Assembly: GCF_046105845.1 (NCBI RefSeq)
Contig: NZ_CP151004.1
Direction: 5' to 3' (one strand)
Origin: Escherichia coli
GTDB taxonomy: Bacteria; Pseudomonadota; Gammaproteobacteria; Enterobacterales; Enterobacteriaceae
DNA: 64,000 bases
In this document: positions 10,218-26,868 of the stretch, one piece after another
How the letters are laid out: every line of letters begins with the position of its first letter
Numbering within the stretch: the stretch's first letter is position 1
Position numbers and translations under genes: made by a program
Notes under the pieces: model-generated
Seen by the model: only the letters and a program-made list of their open reading frames with translations
What the model was told of the DNA's origin: nothing
Databases searched by the model: none

Positions 10218-11624
10218 ATGTCAAAGCAACAGATCGGCGTCGTCGGTATGGCAGTGATGGGGCGCAACCTTGCGCTCAACATCGAAAGCCGTGGTTATAC
10301 CGTCTCTATTTTCAACCGTTCCCGTGAAAAGACGGAAGAAGTGATTGCCGAAAATCCAGGCAAGAAACTGGTTCCTTACTATACGGTGAAAGAGTTTGTT
10401 GAATCTCTGGAAACGCCTCGTCGCATCCTGTTAATGGTGAAAGCAGGTGCAGGCACGGATGCTGCTATTGATTCCCTCAAGCCATACCTCGATAAAGGTG
10501 ACATCATCATTGATGGCGGTAATACCTTCTTCCAGGACACCATTCGTCGTAACCGTGAGCTTTCTGCCGAAGGCTTTAACTTCATTGGTACCGGTGTCTC
10601 CGGTGGTGAAGAAGGCGCGCTGAAAGGTCCTTCCATTATGCCTGGTGGGCAGAAAGGAGCCTATGAACTGGTTGCACCGATCCTGACCAAAATCGCCGCA
10701 GTGGCTGAAGACGGTGAGCCATGCGTTACCTATATTGGTGCCGATGGCGCAGGTCACTATGTGAAGATGGTTCACAACGGTATTGAATACGGCGATATGC
10801 AGCTGATTGCTGAAGCCTATTCTCTGCTTAAAGGTGGTCTGAACCTCACCAACGAAGAACTGGCGCAGACGTTTACCGAGTGGAATAACGGTGAACTGAG
10901 CAGCTACCTGATCGACATCACCAAAGATATCTTCACCAAAAAAGATGAAGACGGTAACTACCTGGTTGATGTGATTCTGGATGAAGCAGCAAATAAAGGT
11001 ACGGGCAAATGGACCAGCCAGAGTGCGCTGGATCTCGGCGAACCTCTGTCGCTGATTACCGAGTCTGTGTTTGCACGTTATATCTCTTCTCTGAAAGATC
11101 AGCGCGTTGCCGCGTCTAAAGTTCTCTCTGGCCCGCAAGCGCAGCCAGCTGGCGACAAGGCTGAGTTCATCGAAAAAGTTCGTCGTGCTCTGTATCTGGG
11201 CAAAATCGTTTCTTACGCCCAAGGCTTCTCTCAGCTGCGTGCTGCGTCTGAAGAGTACAACTGGGATCTGAACTACGGCGAAATCGCAAAGATTTTCCGT
11301 GCTGGCTGCATCATCCGTGCACAGTTCCTGCAGAAAATCACCGATGCGTATGCCGAAAATCCGCAGATCGCTAACCTGTTGCTGGCTCCTTACTTCAAGC
11401 AAATTGCCGATGACTACCAGCAGGCGCTGCGCGATGTCGTCGCTTACGCAGTACAGAACGGTATCCCGGTTCCGACCTTCGCTGCTGCGGTTGCCTATTA
11501 TGATAGCTACCGTGCCGCTGTTCTGCCTGCGAACCTGATCCAGGCACAGCGTGACTATTTCGGTGCGCATACTTATAAGCGCATTGATAAAGACGGTGTG
11601 TTCCATACCGAATGGCTGGATTAA
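10218..11624 (+). CDS. gnd: 6-phosphogluconate dehydrogenase, decarboxylating
   Basis: 468 aa; near-identical to E. coli Gnd as I recall it. Confidence 0.98.
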   Translation: MSKQQIGVVGMAVMGRNLALNIESRGYTVSIFNRSREKTEEVIAENPGKKLVPYYTVKEFVESLETPRRILLMVKAGAGTDAAIDSLKPYLDKGDIIIDGGNTFFQDTIRRNRELSAEGFNFIGTGVSGGEEGALKGPSIMPGGQKGAYELVAPILTKIAAVAEDGEPCVTYIGADGAGHYVKMVHNGIEYGDMQLIAEAYSLLKGGLNLTNEELAQTFTEWNNGELSSYLIDITKDIFTKKDEDGNYLVDVILDEAANKGTGKWTSQSALDLGEPLSLITESVFARYISSLKDQRVAASKVLSGPQAQPAGDKAEFIEKVRRALYLGKIVSYAQGFSQLRAASEEYNWDLNYGEIAKIFRAGCIIRAQFLQKITDAYAENPQIANLLLAPYFKQIADDYQQALRDVVAYAVQNGIPVPTFAAAVAYYDSYRAAVLPANLIQAQRDYFGAHTYKRIDKDGVFHTEWLD

Positions 11625-11654
11625 TCTGATTTAAATCAATTAATCAATGCAAGG

Positions 11655-11680
11655 CCCGGAGAAACCCTCCGGGCTTTTTT
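11655..11680 (+). terminator. intrinsic terminator downstream of gnd
   Basis: GC hairpin cccggag...ctccggg followed by T-run. Confidence 0.7.
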
Positions 11681-11872
11681 ATTATACAAAGCGGCAGGTT
11701 AGGGCTTTTTTTTATAATTTATAGTTAAAAACGCGATATAATACAGCGCCGCACAGCAGGATCGCTGCCTTGACAGTTCATCTACATCAGCGTTAAAAAT
11801 CCCGCAGTAGATGAAGTTGTGGTGGTGGATTAATGACCACTCTAAATGTTTAACCGGAAGAAGTCAGAGCTA

Positions 11873-13039
11873 ATGAAAATAACAATTTCAGGAACAGGTT
11901 ATGTTGGTCTTTCAAATGGTATTCTGATTGCGCAAAACCACGAAGTGGTTGCACTGGATATCGTTCAGGCCAAAGTGGACATGCTTAACAAGAAGCAGTC
12001 ACCGATTGTTGATAAGGAGATTGAAGAGTATCTGGCGACTAAAGATCTCAATTTCCGCGCTACGACAGATAAGTATGACGCGTATAAAAATGCCGATTAC
12101 GTTATTATTGCCACACCTACCGATTATGATCCGAAAACAAATTATTTTAATACCTCAAGTGTGGAAGCGGTCATTCGTGATGTGACAGAAATTAATCCCA
12201 ACGCGGTAATGATTATAAAATCAACTATCCCTGTTGGTTTTACAGAGTCCATTAAAGAACGGTTTGGTATTGAAAATGTGATCTTTTCGCCGGAGTTTTT
12301 GCGCGAAGGGAAAGCACTTTATGATAACTTGCATCCATCACGCATTGTGATTGGTGAGCAATCCGATCGCGCTGAACGTTTTGCAGCGTTATTACAGGAA
12401 GGCGCTATTAAGCAAGACATACCAACATTGTTTACTGACTCAACCGAGGCTGAGGCGATTAAACTTTTTGCCAACACTTATCTGGCTATGCGTGTAGCGT
12501 ATTTCAATGAACTTGATAGTTATGCTGAAAGCCTGGGGCTTAATTCACGCCAGATTATTGAGGGCGTATGCCTTGACCCGCGTATCGGTAATCACTACAA
12601 CAACCCGTCATTCGGTTATGGTGGTTATTGTCTGCCGAAAGATACCAAGCAGTTACTAGCAAATTACCAGTCTGTGCCGAATAACCTGATCTCGGCAATT
12701 GTTGACGCCAACCGCACGCGCAAAGATTTTATTGCCGATTCTATCCTTGCACGTAAACCGAAAGTTGTTGGCGTCTATCGTTTGATTATGAAGAGTGGTT
12801 CAGACAATTTCCGTGCTTCCTCGATTCAGGGTATTATGAAGCGAATCAAAGCGAAAGGCGTGCCTGTAATCGTTTATGAGCCAGCTATGAAAGAGGACGA
12901 TTTTTTCCGGTCACGCGTGGTACGTGATCTGGATGCATTCAAACAAGAAGCTGATGTTATTATTTCTAACCGTATGTCTGCCGATCTGGCTGATGTAGCA
13001 GATAAAGTTTATACGCGCGACTTGTTTGGCAATGATTAA
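11873..13039 (+). CDS. ugd: UDP-glucose 6-dehydrogenase
   Basis: 388 aa from ATG at 11873 ([16 protein letters not shown]); ORF-track start at 11846 is an upstream in-frame extension. Confidence 0.96.
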   Translation: MKITISGTGYVGLSNGILIAQNHEVVALDIVQAKVDMLNKKQSPIVDKEIEEYLATKDLNFRATTDKYDAYKNADYVIIATPTDYDPKTNYFNTSSVEAVIRDVTEINPNAVMIIKSTIPVGFTESIKERFGIENVIFSPEFLREGKALYDNLHPSRIVIGEQSDRAERFAALLQEGAIKQDIPTLFTDSTEAEAIKLFANTYLAMRVAYFNELDSYAESLGLNSRQIIEGVCLDPRIGNHYNNPSFGYGGYCLPKDTKQLLANYQSVPNNLISAIVDANRTRKDFIADSILARKPKVVGVYRLIMKSGSDNFRASSIQGIMKRIKAKGVPVIVYEPAMKEDDFFRSRVVRDLDAFKQEADVIISNRMSADLADVADKVYTRDLFGND

Positions 13040-13061
13040 TTATTTTGTTTCATTCTAAGAA

Positions 13062-13085
13062 AAGGCCCTAATAAATTAGGGCCTT
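13062..13085. terminator. bidirectional hairpin between convergent ugd and gla-like gene
   Basis: aaggccctaa...ttagggcctt stem flanked by A-run and T-run. Confidence 0.6.
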
Positions 13086-13104
13086 TTCTTATGGTTTTGT
13101 AAAA

Positions 13105-14109
13105 TCAAACTTTATAGAAGTTACGATACCATTCTACAAAGTTCTTTACCCCCTCTTTAACTGACGTTTCAGGTTTGAATCCTATTACGTCATACAGTGC
13201 TTTTGTATCAGCACTGGTTTCCAGTACATCACCGGGTTGGAGAGGCATCATATTTTTGTTGGCTTCAATACCCAGAGCCTCTTCTAAGGCATTGATATAG
13301 TCCATCAACTCCACAGGCGAACTATTACCTATGTTATAGATACGATATGGTGCTGAACTTGTTGCAGGCGAGCCTGTTTCTACAGCCCACTGTGGATCTT
13401 TTTCTGGAATAACATCCTGTAAGCGAATAATAGCTTCGGCAATATCATCAATATAAGTAAAGTCACGCTTCATTTTGCCGAAGTTGTAAACATCAATGCT
13501 TTTACCTTCCAGCATGGCTTTAGTAAATTTAAATAATGCCATATCCGGACGTCCCCATGGACCATAAACCGTAAAGAAACGCAGCCCTGTGGTCGGTAAG
13601 CCATACAAATGAGAATACGTATGGGCCATGAGTTCATTCGCTTTTTTAGTTGCTGCATAAAGCGAAACAGGATGATCTACAGAGTCATCTGTAGAGAAAG
13701 GCATCTTGCGGTTCATGCCATAAACAGAACTGGAGGAAGCGTAAAGTAGATGTTGAACATTATTATGGCGGCATCCTTCCAGTATGTTCAGGAATCCAAT
13801 CAGGTTTGCATCTGCATATGTATTGGGATTTTCAAGGGAGTAACGTACACCTGCTTGCGCAGCGAGGTTTATTACGCGATCGAACCGCTCGTCTGCAAAT
13901 AGTGCCGCCATTTTCTCACGATCGGCCAGGTCAATTTTATAAAAACTGAAATTGTCGTGCTTGAGTAAATCAAGTCGTGCTTGTTTGAGGTTGACATCGT
14001 AATAATCATTTAAGTTATCAATGCCTACAACCTGATGACCAGCTGCAAGAAGCCGTTTACTTACATAGAAACCGATAAAGCCAGCAGCTCCCGTAACCAG
14101 AAATTTCAT
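13105..14109 (-). CDS. gla: UDP-glucuronate 4-epimerase (NAD-dependent epimerase, Gla-like)
   Basis: 334 aa; [21 protein letters not shown] Rossmann N-terminus and overall resemblance to UDP-GlcA 4-epimerases. Confidence 0.75.
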   Translation of the reverse strand: MKFLVTGAAGFIGFYVSKRLLAAGHQVVGIDNLNDYYDVNLKQARLDLLKHDNFSFYKIDLADREKMAALFADERFDRVINLAAQAGVRYSLENPNTYADANLIGFLNILEGCRHNNVQHLLYASSSSVYGMNRKMPFSTDDSVDHPVSLYAATKKANELMAHTYSHLYGLPTTGLRFFTVYGPWGRPDMALFKFTKAMLEGKSIDVYNFGKMKRDFTYIDDIAEAIIRLQDVIPEKDPQWAVETGSPATSSAPYRIYNIGNSSPVELMDYINALEEALGIEANKNMMPLQPGDVLETSADTKALYDVIGFKPETSVKEGVKNFVEWYRNFYKV

Positions 14110-14280
14110 TTATAATCCTCACTCAGGCTAGAATATAGCCAATCTTCATCTGGCATAACTGAAAGTTAAATCATACCGTTAGACAAGAAAAAAAGATAAT
14201 CGGTATCAGTTCTAAACCTGGCTGTTTTTTCTGGTAACGTGCTCATTTTGCAATCATAGCTGTTCTAAGCTGACTATTAG

Positions 14281-14388
<108 letters not shown>

Positions 14389-14397
14389 CATCCTGTT

Positions 14398-14420
14398 ATC
14401 AGGGCGATTTTCGCCCTGAT
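14398..14420 (+). terminator. hairpin after the ugd 3' fragment (likely ancestral ugd terminator)
   Basis: atcagggcgattttcgccctgat perfect stem-loop. Confidence 0.5.
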
Positions 14421-14534
14421 TCTCTTATGTTCCCTTTGTAATAATTCATTATTTTTATCATTTATCCTATAGCATTCATGGCGATTATCGCTAAACTATG
14501 GCGACTTAAAATTATTTCGTCCGTTAGGGTAATG

Positions 14535-15512
14535 ATGAGAGTAGAAAATAATAATGTTTCTGGGCAAAACCATGACCCGGAACAGATTGATTTGATTGAT
14601 TTACTGGTGCAGTTGTGGCGTGGCAAGATGACAATTATCATCTCTGTCATTGTTGCTATTGCCCTGGCTATAGGGTATCTGGCCGTTGCCAAAGAAAAGT
14701 GGACTTCCACAGCTATCGTTACTCAACCTGATGTGGGGCAAATCGCTGGTTATACCAACGCGATGAATGTGATTTACGGATCGGCTGTACCGAAAGTCTC
14801 CGACATTCAGGCTTCACTTATCGGACGTTACAGCACTGCATTCTCAGCATTAGCGGAAACGCTGGATAACCAGGAAGAAGCAGAAAAGCTGACCATTGAG
14901 CCTACCGTCAAAAATCAGTCATTACCTTTAGCAGTTTCTTATGTTGGTGAAACACCTGAAGGTGCGCAGAAGCAGCTGGCGAAGTATATCCAGCAAGTTG
15001 ACGACCAGGTAAATGAAGAACTGGAAAAAGACCTGAAAGATAACATCGCGCTGCGTATGAAAAACTTGCAGGACTCTCTGAAAACCCAGGAAGTGGTTGC
15101 GCAGGAGCAGAAAGATCTGCGTATCCGTCAGATTCAGGAAGCGTTGCAGTATGCGAATCAGGCGCAGGTGACAAAGCCACAGGTTCAGCAGACTGAAGAT
15201 GTGACGCAAGATACGTTGTTCCTTTTGGGGAGCGAAGCGCTGGAGTCGATGATTAAGCATGAGGCGACCCGTCCGTTGGTGTTCTCACCAAACTACTATC
15301 AGACACGTCAAAACCTGCTGGATATCGAAAGCTTAAAGGTTGATGATCTTGATATTCATGCTTACCGTTATGTGATGAAACCCACGTTACCTATTCGTCG
15401 CGATAGCCCGAAAAAGGCAATTACCTTGATTCTGGCGGTGCTGTTGGGTGGCATGGTTGGCGCTGGGATTGTGCTGGGGCGTAATGCTCTACGCAATTAC
15501 AACGTGAAATAA
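14535..15512 (+). CDS. wzzB: O-antigen chain-length determinant
   Basis: 325 aa from MRVENNNVSGQNH; matches E. coli WzzB as I recall it; ORF-track start is an in-frame extension. Confidence 0.95.
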   Translation: MRVENNNVSGQNHDPEQIDLIDLLVQLWRGKMTIIISVIVAIALAIGYLAVAKEKWTSTAIVTQPDVGQIAGYTNAMNVIYGSAVPKVSDIQASLIGRYSTAFSALAETLDNQEEAEKLTIEPTVKNQSLPLAVSYVGETPEGAQKQLAKYIQQVDDQVNEELEKDLKDNIALRMKNLQDSLKTQEVVAQEQKDLRIRQIQEALQYANQAQVTKPQVQQTEDVTQDTLFLLGSEALESMIKHEATRPLVFSPNYYQTRQNLLDIESLKVDDLDIHAYRYVMKPTLPIRRDSPKKAITLILAVLLGGMVGAGIVLGRNALRNYNVK

Positions 15513-15534
15513 TCTTTGCAGCTTTAAAGAAAAT

Positions 15535-15567
15535 GGGCAGGGTGGTGACACCTTGCCCGTTTTTTTT
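15535..15567 (+). terminator. intrinsic terminator downstream of wzzB
   Basis: gggcagggtggtgacaccttgccc hairpin followed by nine T. Confidence 0.75.
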
Positions 15568-15568
15568 T

Positions 15569-15596
15569 GCCGGATGCGACAACAATATCGCATCCG
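15569..15596 (-). terminator. hairpin downstream of hisI (his operon 3' end)
   Basis: gccggatgcga...tcgcatccg stem-loop immediately 3' of hisI on the minus strand. Confidence 0.45.
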
Positions 15597-15609
15597 CTTA
15601 CCCCGCAAC

Positions 15610-16214
15610 TCACTGATGCCGTTTACGCAGGTTCTCAATTACCGTAGTTAAATCCAGATCCTGATCCTGCAACAGCACCAGCAGGTGATACATCAAATCA
15701 GATGCCTCGTTGGTCAGCTCAAAGCGGTCATGTACCGTTGCTGCCAGCGCAGTTTCCACGCCTTCTTCGCCCACTTTCTGCGCAATGCGCTTGGTGCCGC
15801 TGGCGTACAGTTTGGCGGTATAGGAGGTTTCCGGGTCGGCAGATTTGCGCTCGGCGAGCAGTTGTTCTAGTTGATACAGGAACAGCCACTGGTGAGCGGT
15901 GTTGCCGAAGCAGCTGCTGGTGCCTTTGTGGCAGGTCGGGCCGATGGGATTCGCCAGCACTAATAAAGTGTCGTTGTCGCAGTCCGGCGCAATGCTCACT
16001 ACGTTGAGGAAATTGCCCGACGTTTCGCCTTTGGTCCACAGTCGCTGTTTAGTGCGCGAGAAGAAGGTGACTTTGCCGCTTTCGATGGTTTTATCTAAGG
16101 CTTCCGGGTTCATATAGCCCAGCATTAACACTTCACCGGATACCGCGTGTTGCACAATCACCGGCATCAGTCCGTCGGTTTTTTCCCAGTCCAGTTCGCG
16201 ACGTTGTTGTTCTG

Positions 16215-16221
<7 letters not shown>
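15610..16221 (-). CDS. hisI: bifunctional phosphoribosyl-AMP cyclohydrolase / phosphoribosyl-ATP pyrophosphatase
   Basis: 203 aa; matches E. coli HisIE. Confidence 0.98.
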
Positions 16222-21738
<5,517 letters not shown>

Positions 21739-21743
21739 GGCGA

Positions 21744-22643
21744 TCACTCCATCATCTTCTCAATCGGCAGGACCAGGATTGAACTGGCACCCAGCGCTTT
21801 CAGTTTTTCCATCGTTTCCCAGAACAGGGTTTCGCTACTGACCATGTGCATCGCTACGCGTTGTTGGTCACCCGCCAGCGGCAGAATGGTTGGGCGTTCG
21901 GCACCTGGCAGCAGGGCGATGACTTCATCCAGACGTTCGGTCGGTGCGTGCATCATGATGTATTTTGATTCGCGCGCCTGGATCACCCCCTGAATACGGG
22001 TCAGCAGTTTGTCGATCAGTTGCTGTTTGGATTCTTCCATTTCGCCATCGCGCTGGATCAGGCAGGCTTTCGAGCGGTAGATAACTTCGACTTCGCGCAG
22101 GCCGTTAGCTTCCAGCGTGGCACCGGTGGAAACCAGATCGCAAATCGCATCCGCCAGTCCGGCACGCGGGGCAACTTCGACAGAACCGTTCAGTAAACAG
22201 GATTTAAAAGAGATGCCTTTCTGGTCGAGATAACGCTTGAGCAGGTGAGGATAAGAGGTGGCGATACGTTTACCGTTTAAGGAGAGCGGGCCATCCCAGG
22301 CTTCATCAACCGGCGTTGCCAGTGAAAGTCGGCAGCCGCCGAAATCCAGACGACGCAGGGTAAAGTAGCGCGGATCTTCACCCTGGGCTCGGCGGTTAAG
22401 CAGCTCTTCTTCCAGCACGTTTTCGCCGATAATCCCGAGGTCAACCACGCCGTCCATTACCAGACCGGGAATGTCGTCATCACGTACGCGCAGAATATCA
22501 ATCGGCATGTTTTCTGCCATCGCGATCAGGCGCTGGGTGTGAAGATTGATTTTAATGCCACAGCGCGCCAGTAATTCGCGTGAGTCATCACTTAAACGGC
22601 CGGATTTCTGCATAGCTATGCGTAAACGAGTGTTGTCTGTCAT
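21744..22643 (-). CDS. hisG: ATP phosphoribosyltransferase
   Basis: 299 aa from [17 protein letters not shown]; ORF track extends 13 codons upstream. Confidence 0.97.
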
Positions 22644-22691
22644 TTTCTTATTCCTCTTTAAACCTGTCTGAACCGTTATCAACCGCGCAAT

Positions 22692-22729
22692 AAAAAAGCC
22701 CCCGGAAGGTGATCTTCCGGGGGCTTTCT
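22692..22729 (-). terminator. his operon attenuator terminator
   Basis: agcccccggaag...cttccgggggct hairpin followed by U-run on the minus strand, between hisL and hisG. Confidence 0.8.
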
Positions 22730-22788
22730 CATGCGTTCATGCACCACTGGAAGATCTGAATGTCTTCCAGCACACATCGCCTGAAAGA

Positions 22789-22839
22789 CTAGTCAGGATG
22801 ATGGTGATGATGGTGGTGTTTAAATTGAACGCGTGTCAT
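22789..22839 (-). CDS. hisL: his operon leader peptide
   Basis: Minus-strand translation MTRVQFKHHHHHHHPD* with seven consecutive His codons. Confidence 0.92.
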   Translation of the reverse strand: MTRVQFKHHHHHHHPD

Positions 22840-23062
22840 AAAAGTCTCTGTGAATGTTTATTCAACTGATGTCTTTTAACCTAAACCACTTTCACGTTAG
22901 AAAGCAAGGGCTTTTTTATATATTTTATGGCGATGGATTTGTTTAATGAATGAGCGGGGCAAGGTGGGTGCCTGGAGTGACTACGTTAGAAAAGAAATCG
23001 TGAAAATATGTCTTTAAAACCCTCAAGAACATTGTGTTCTGTAACTAAAGTGGGCTTTGTTC

Positions 23063-23099
23063 CTGCCGGATGCGGAGTGAATGCCTTATCTGGTCTACA
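23063..23099. repeat. REP-like palindromic element
   Basis: gcctgccggatgcggagtgaatgccttatctggtctaca resembles the REP consensus. Confidence 0.5.
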
Positions 23100-23131
23100 A
23101 ATGTTGCGTAAATTCAATATATTGATGTTTT

Positions 23132-23163
23132 TGTAGGACTGATAAGCGGAGCGCATCAGGCAA
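23132..23163. repeat. REP-like palindromic element (inverted relative to the first)
   Basis: tgtaggactgataagcggagcgcatcaggca; pairs with the preceding REP as a BIME-like unit. Confidence 0.5.
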
Positions 23164-23265
23164 TGGTATATTTGCTAACCGTTTCGATTTCATTCATAGA
23201 ATGAATTGTCAGTTTTGATACGCTAGCGTAGCCTTATAGATCTAAGGTGTATCAGGAGATAACGG

Positions 23266-24090
23266 ATGAAAAAGGTCGCAATTGTCGGGTTAGGGTGGTT
23301 AGGCATGCCGCTGGCAATGTCACTTTCAGCGCGAGGCTGGCAAGTCACCGGGAGTAAAACCACACAAGATGGTGTCGAAGCGGCCCGAATGAGTGGCATT
23401 GATAGCTATCTGCTTCGCATGGAGCCTGAGTTAGTTTGCGATTCTGACGATCTGGATGCCCTGATGGATGCCGATGCGCTGGTCATTACGCTTCCGGCAC
23501 GTCGTAGCGGCCCCGGCGATGAGTTCTATTTACAAGCGGTACAAGAGTTAGTGGATAGCGCGCTGGCCCATCGTATTCCCCGAATTATTTTTACCAGCTC
23601 AACATCTGTCTATGGCGACGCGCAAGGCACGGTTAAAGAAACTACCCCGCGTAATCCGGTAACCAACAGTGGACGAGTATTAGAAGAACTCGAAGACTGG
23701 CTGCACAATTTACCCGGTACTTCGGTCGATATTCTGCGTCTTGCGGGCCTGGTCGGACCGGGACGTCATCCCGGACGCTTCTTTGCCGGAAAAACCGCCC
23801 CTGATGGTGAACATGGTGTTAATTTAGTCCATTTAGAAGATGTTATTGGCGCTATCACTCTGTTGTTACAGGCACCTAAAGGCGGACACATCTATAATAT
23901 ATGTGCGCCAGCTCACCCTGCGCGTAATGTTTTCTATCCGCAGATGGCCCGTTTACTGGGGCTGGAACCTCCGCAGTTCAGAAATAGTCTGGACAGCGGC
24001 AAAGGTAAGATTATTGATGGCAGTCGGATTTGTAATGAACTGGGGTTTGAATACCAGTATCCCGATCCGCTGGTAATGCCGCTGGAGTAA
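23266..24090 (+). CDS. yeeZ: NAD(P)-binding epimerase/dehydratase-family protein
   Basis: 274 aa; VAIVGLGWLG Rossmann N-terminus; synteny with E. coli. Confidence 0.88.
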   Translation: MKKVAIVGLGWLGMPLAMSLSARGWQVTGSKTTQDGVEAARMSGIDSYLLRMEPELVCDSDDLDALMDADALVITLPARRSGPGDEFYLQAVQELVDSALAHRIPRIIFTSSTSVYGDAQGTVKETTPRNPVTNSGRVLEELEDWLHNLPGTSVDILRLAGLVGPGRHPGRFFAGKTAPDGEHGVNLVHLEDVIGAITLLLQAPKGGHIYNICAPAHPARNVFYPQMARLLGLEPPQFRNSLDSGKGKIIDGSRICNELGFEYQYPDPLVMPLE

Positions 24091-24135
24091 ACGATCACGC
24101 CAGCAGGACGCCGCATACACTGCAAGGGGGCGTGT

Positions 24136-25065
24136 ATGAAACCACTGCTGGATGTGTTGATGATCCTCGATGCCTTAGAAAAAGAAGGCAGTTTTGCGGC
24201 GGCGTCGGCCAAACTCTACAAGACGCCGTCCGCTCTGAGTTACACCGTTCACAAGCTGGAAAGCGACCTTAATATTCAATTGCTTGATCGTAGCGGTCAC
24301 CGCGCTAAATTCACCCGCACCGGAAAAATGTTATTAGAGAAAGGGCGGGAAGTTCTGCATACCGTGCGAGAACTGGAAAAGCAGGCTATCAAACTGCATG
24401 AAGGCTGGGAAAACGAGCTGGTGATTGGCGTGGACGACACGTTTCCTTTTTCTCTGCTTGCGCCTCTCATTGAAGCTTTTTATCAACATCATAGCGTGAC
24501 GCGCCTGAAGTTTATCAATGGCGTACTCGGTGGTTCCTGGGATGCCCTGACTCAGGGGCGAGCGGATATTATTGTTGGCGCGATGCATGAGCCACCATCT
24601 TCCAGTGAGTTTGGTTTCTCGCGGTTGGGCGATCTTGAACAAGTCTTTGCGGTCGCGCCTCATCATCCGTTAGCCCTGGAAGAAGAGCCGTTAAATCGTC
24701 GTATTATTAAGCGATATCGGGCGATTGTGGTGGGGGACACTGCACAGGCCGGCGCTTCTACGGCCTCACAACTTCTCGACGAACAAGAAGCTATTACCGT
24801 TTTCGATTTTAAAACCAAGCTGGAGCTGCAAATTAGCGGTCTTGGTTGCGGCTATTTACCCCGTTATCTGGCGCAACGTTTTCTCGATAGTGGCGCGTTA
24901 ATTGAGAAGAAAGTGGTCGCCCAAACCCTCTTTGAACCCGTCTGGATTGGCTGGAACGAACAGACCGCAGGGCTTGCCAGCGGTTGGTGGCGAGATGAAA
25001 TTTTAGCAAATAGTGCGATCGCCGGTGTTTATGCAAAATCTGATGACGGAAAATCAGCCATTTAA
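24136..25065 (+). CDS. yeeY: LysR-family transcriptional regulator
   Basis: 309 aa; N-terminal HTH plus LysR substrate-binding region. Confidence 0.88.
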   Translation: MKPLLDVLMILDALEKEGSFAAASAKLYKTPSALSYTVHKLESDLNIQLLDRSGHRAKFTRTGKMLLEKGREVLHTVRELEKQAIKLHEGWENELVIGVDDTFPFSLLAPLIEAFYQHHSVTRLKFINGVLGGSWDALTQGRADIIVGAMHEPPSSSEFGFSRLGDLEQVFAVAPHHPLALEEEPLNRRIIKRYRAIVVGDTAQAGASTASQLLDEQEAITVFDFKTKLELQISGLGCGYLPRYLAQRFLDSGALIEKKVVAQTLFEPVWIGWNEQTAGLASGWWRDEILANSAIAGVYAKSDDGKSAI

Positions 25066-25331
25066 AGAAAAATTATTATGACAAGCCTCTCATTCTCTTG
25101 TCATTTCCCCCCCATTTAGGCACAATGCGCCGCTGTCAAAAAATGACTAAAAACCGACGTTTAATTAGCGTCGGTTATTTTTTGCTTCAAACCAATCATT
25201 CATACCAAGAGGCCGGGCTTCGTACCGGATAGATATTTACTAAAAATCGACAGTTGTTGTCGCTGAGGAATCCAAAAAAATGGGGCAATTTTTTGCTTAC
25301 GCGACGGTTATCACCGTAAAGGAGAATGACC

Positions 25332-26690
25332 ATGTCGCATAACGTTACTCCAAACACCTCTCGCGTGGAATTGCGTAAAACGCTTACGTTAGTTCCGGTT
25401 GTAATGATGGGTCTTGCCTATATGCAGCCGATGACGCTGTTTGATACTTTTGGTATCGTTTCAGGCCTCACGGATGGTCATGTGCCGACAGCCTATGCGT
25501 TCGCATTGATTGCGATCCTGTTTACGGCTCTGAGCTACGGGAAGCTGGTTCGCCGCTATCCTTCTGCTGGCTCTGCATACACTTACGCCCAGAAATCCAT
25601 TAGCCCGACTGTCGGCTTTATGGTGGGTTGGTCTTCTCTGCTCGACTATCTGTTCGCGCCGATGATCAACATTCTGCTGGCGAAAATCTATTTTGAAGCT
25701 CTGGTGCCTTCCATCCCATCGTGGATGTTTGTGGTGGCGCTGGTGGCCTTTATGACCGCCTTTAACCTGCGTAGTCTGAAATCCGTAGCGAACTTCAACA
25801 CTGTAATCGTCGTGTTGCAGGTAGTGCTGATCGCGGTGATTCTGGGCATGGTTGTTTATGGCGTATTTGAAGGTGAAGGCGCGGGTACGCTGGCGAGCAC
25901 TCGTCCGTTCTGGTCTGGCGATGCGCATGTTATCCCGATGATTACCGGGGCGACAATCCTGTGCTTCTCCTTTACCGGCTTTGACGGCATCAGCAACCTG
26001 TCGGAAGAAACCAAAGATGCAGAGCGCGTGATCCCGCGTGCGATTTTCCTGACCGCGCTGATTGGCGGCATGATCTTCATCTTTGCAACTTACTTCCTGC
26101 AACTGTATTTCCCGGATATCTCTCGCTTTAAAGATCCGGATGCGTCACAGCCTGAAATCATGCTGTACGTGGCAGGTAAAGCATTCCAGGTTGGTGCGCT
26201 GATCTTCTCCACCATTACCGTACTGGCGTCCGGTATGGCGGCGCACGCAGGCGTTGCGCGTCTGATGTACGTAATGGGTCGTGACGGCGTGTTCCCGAAA
26301 AGCTTCTTCGGTTATGTACACCCGAAATGGCGTACTCCGGCGATGAACATCATCCTGGTTGGCGCGATTGCCCTGCTGGCAATCAACTTCGACCTGGTAA
26401 TGGCAACGGCGCTGATTAACTTTGGTGCGCTGGTGGCGTTCACCTTTGTTAACCTGTCGGTCATCTCGCAGTTCTGGATCCGTGAGAAGCGTAACAAGAC
26501 GCTGAAAGATCACTTCCAGTATCTGTTCCTGCCGATGTGTGGTGCGCTGACCGTTGGTGCGCTGTGGGTTAACCTGGAAGAAAGCTCAATGGTTCTGGGT
26601 CTGATCTGGGCTGCTATCGGTCTGATTTACCTGGCTTGCGTAACCAAGAGTTTCCGTAACCCGGTTCCGCAGTACGAAGACGTAGCATAA
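25332..26690 (+). CDS. plaP: putrescine importer (APC-family amino acid/polyamine permease)
   Basis: 452 aa from [16 protein letters not shown]; polytopic membrane protein; matches PlaP/YeeF. Confidence 0.92.
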   Translation: MSHNVTPNTSRVELRKTLTLVPVVMMGLAYMQPMTLFDTFGIVSGLTDGHVPTAYAFALIAILFTALSYGKLVRRYPSAGSAYTYAQKSISPTVGFMVGWSSLLDYLFAPMINILLAKIYFEALVPSIPSWMFVVALVAFMTAFNLRSLKSVANFNTVIVVLQVVLIAVILGMVVYGVFEGEGAGTLASTRPFWSGDAHVIPMITGATILCFSFTGFDGISNLSEETKDAERVIPRAIFLTALIGGMIFIFATYFLQLYFPDISRFKDPDASQPEIMLYVAGKAFQVGALIFSTITVLASGMAAHAGVARLMYVMGRDGVFPKSFFGYVHPKWRTPAMNIILVGAIALLAINFDLVMATALINFGALVAFTFVNLSVISQFWIREKRNKTLKDHFQYLFLPMCGALTVGALWVNLEESSMVLGLIWAAIGLIYLACVTKSFRNPVPQYEDVA

Positions 26691-26707
26691 TCATCTTTTC
26701 TAATAAT

Positions 26708-26746
26708 AAACCGGAGTCGAATGAACATTTGGCTCCGGTTTTTTTA
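26708..26746 (+). terminator. intrinsic terminator downstream of plaP
   Basis: aaaccggagtcga...ggctccggttt hairpin followed by T-run. Confidence 0.7.
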
Positions 26747-26868
26747 TTCTTTTTTATCGAAATCCTCATTAATAACCATTTGTTCTAATTTAGAGAATTT
26801 GGTTATTGGTCTGCATTCCACCAGTCATGAATAATTTCCCCATTAACATTCATCTGGTTAATTAATTT

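Noticed and set aside
10431-11606. 391-aa ORF on the minus strand
   Set aside because: Lies entirely antisense to the highly conserved gnd gene; long antisense ORFs are common opposite GC-balanced, highly expressed genes, and it has no recognisable motifs.
11778-11815. Inverted repeat ttcatctac...gtagatgaa between gnd and ugd
   Set aside because: Short stem with about a 20-nt loop and no following T-run; could be a minor regulatory hairpin but the evidence is too weak to call.
14928-15260. 110-aa and 90-aa minus-strand ORFs inside wzzB
   Set aside because: Antisense to wzzB; repetitive Leu/Arg-rich translation consistent with a shadow frame.
15685-16117. Several 60-100 aa ORFs overlapping hisI
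   Set aside because: All overlap hisI in other frames and are Arg/Cys-rich, as expected from out-of-frame reading of GC-rich coding sequence.
25461-26102. 213-aa minus-strand ORF
   Set aside because: Antisense to plaP; Arg/His-rich low-complexity translation typical of a shadow ORF.
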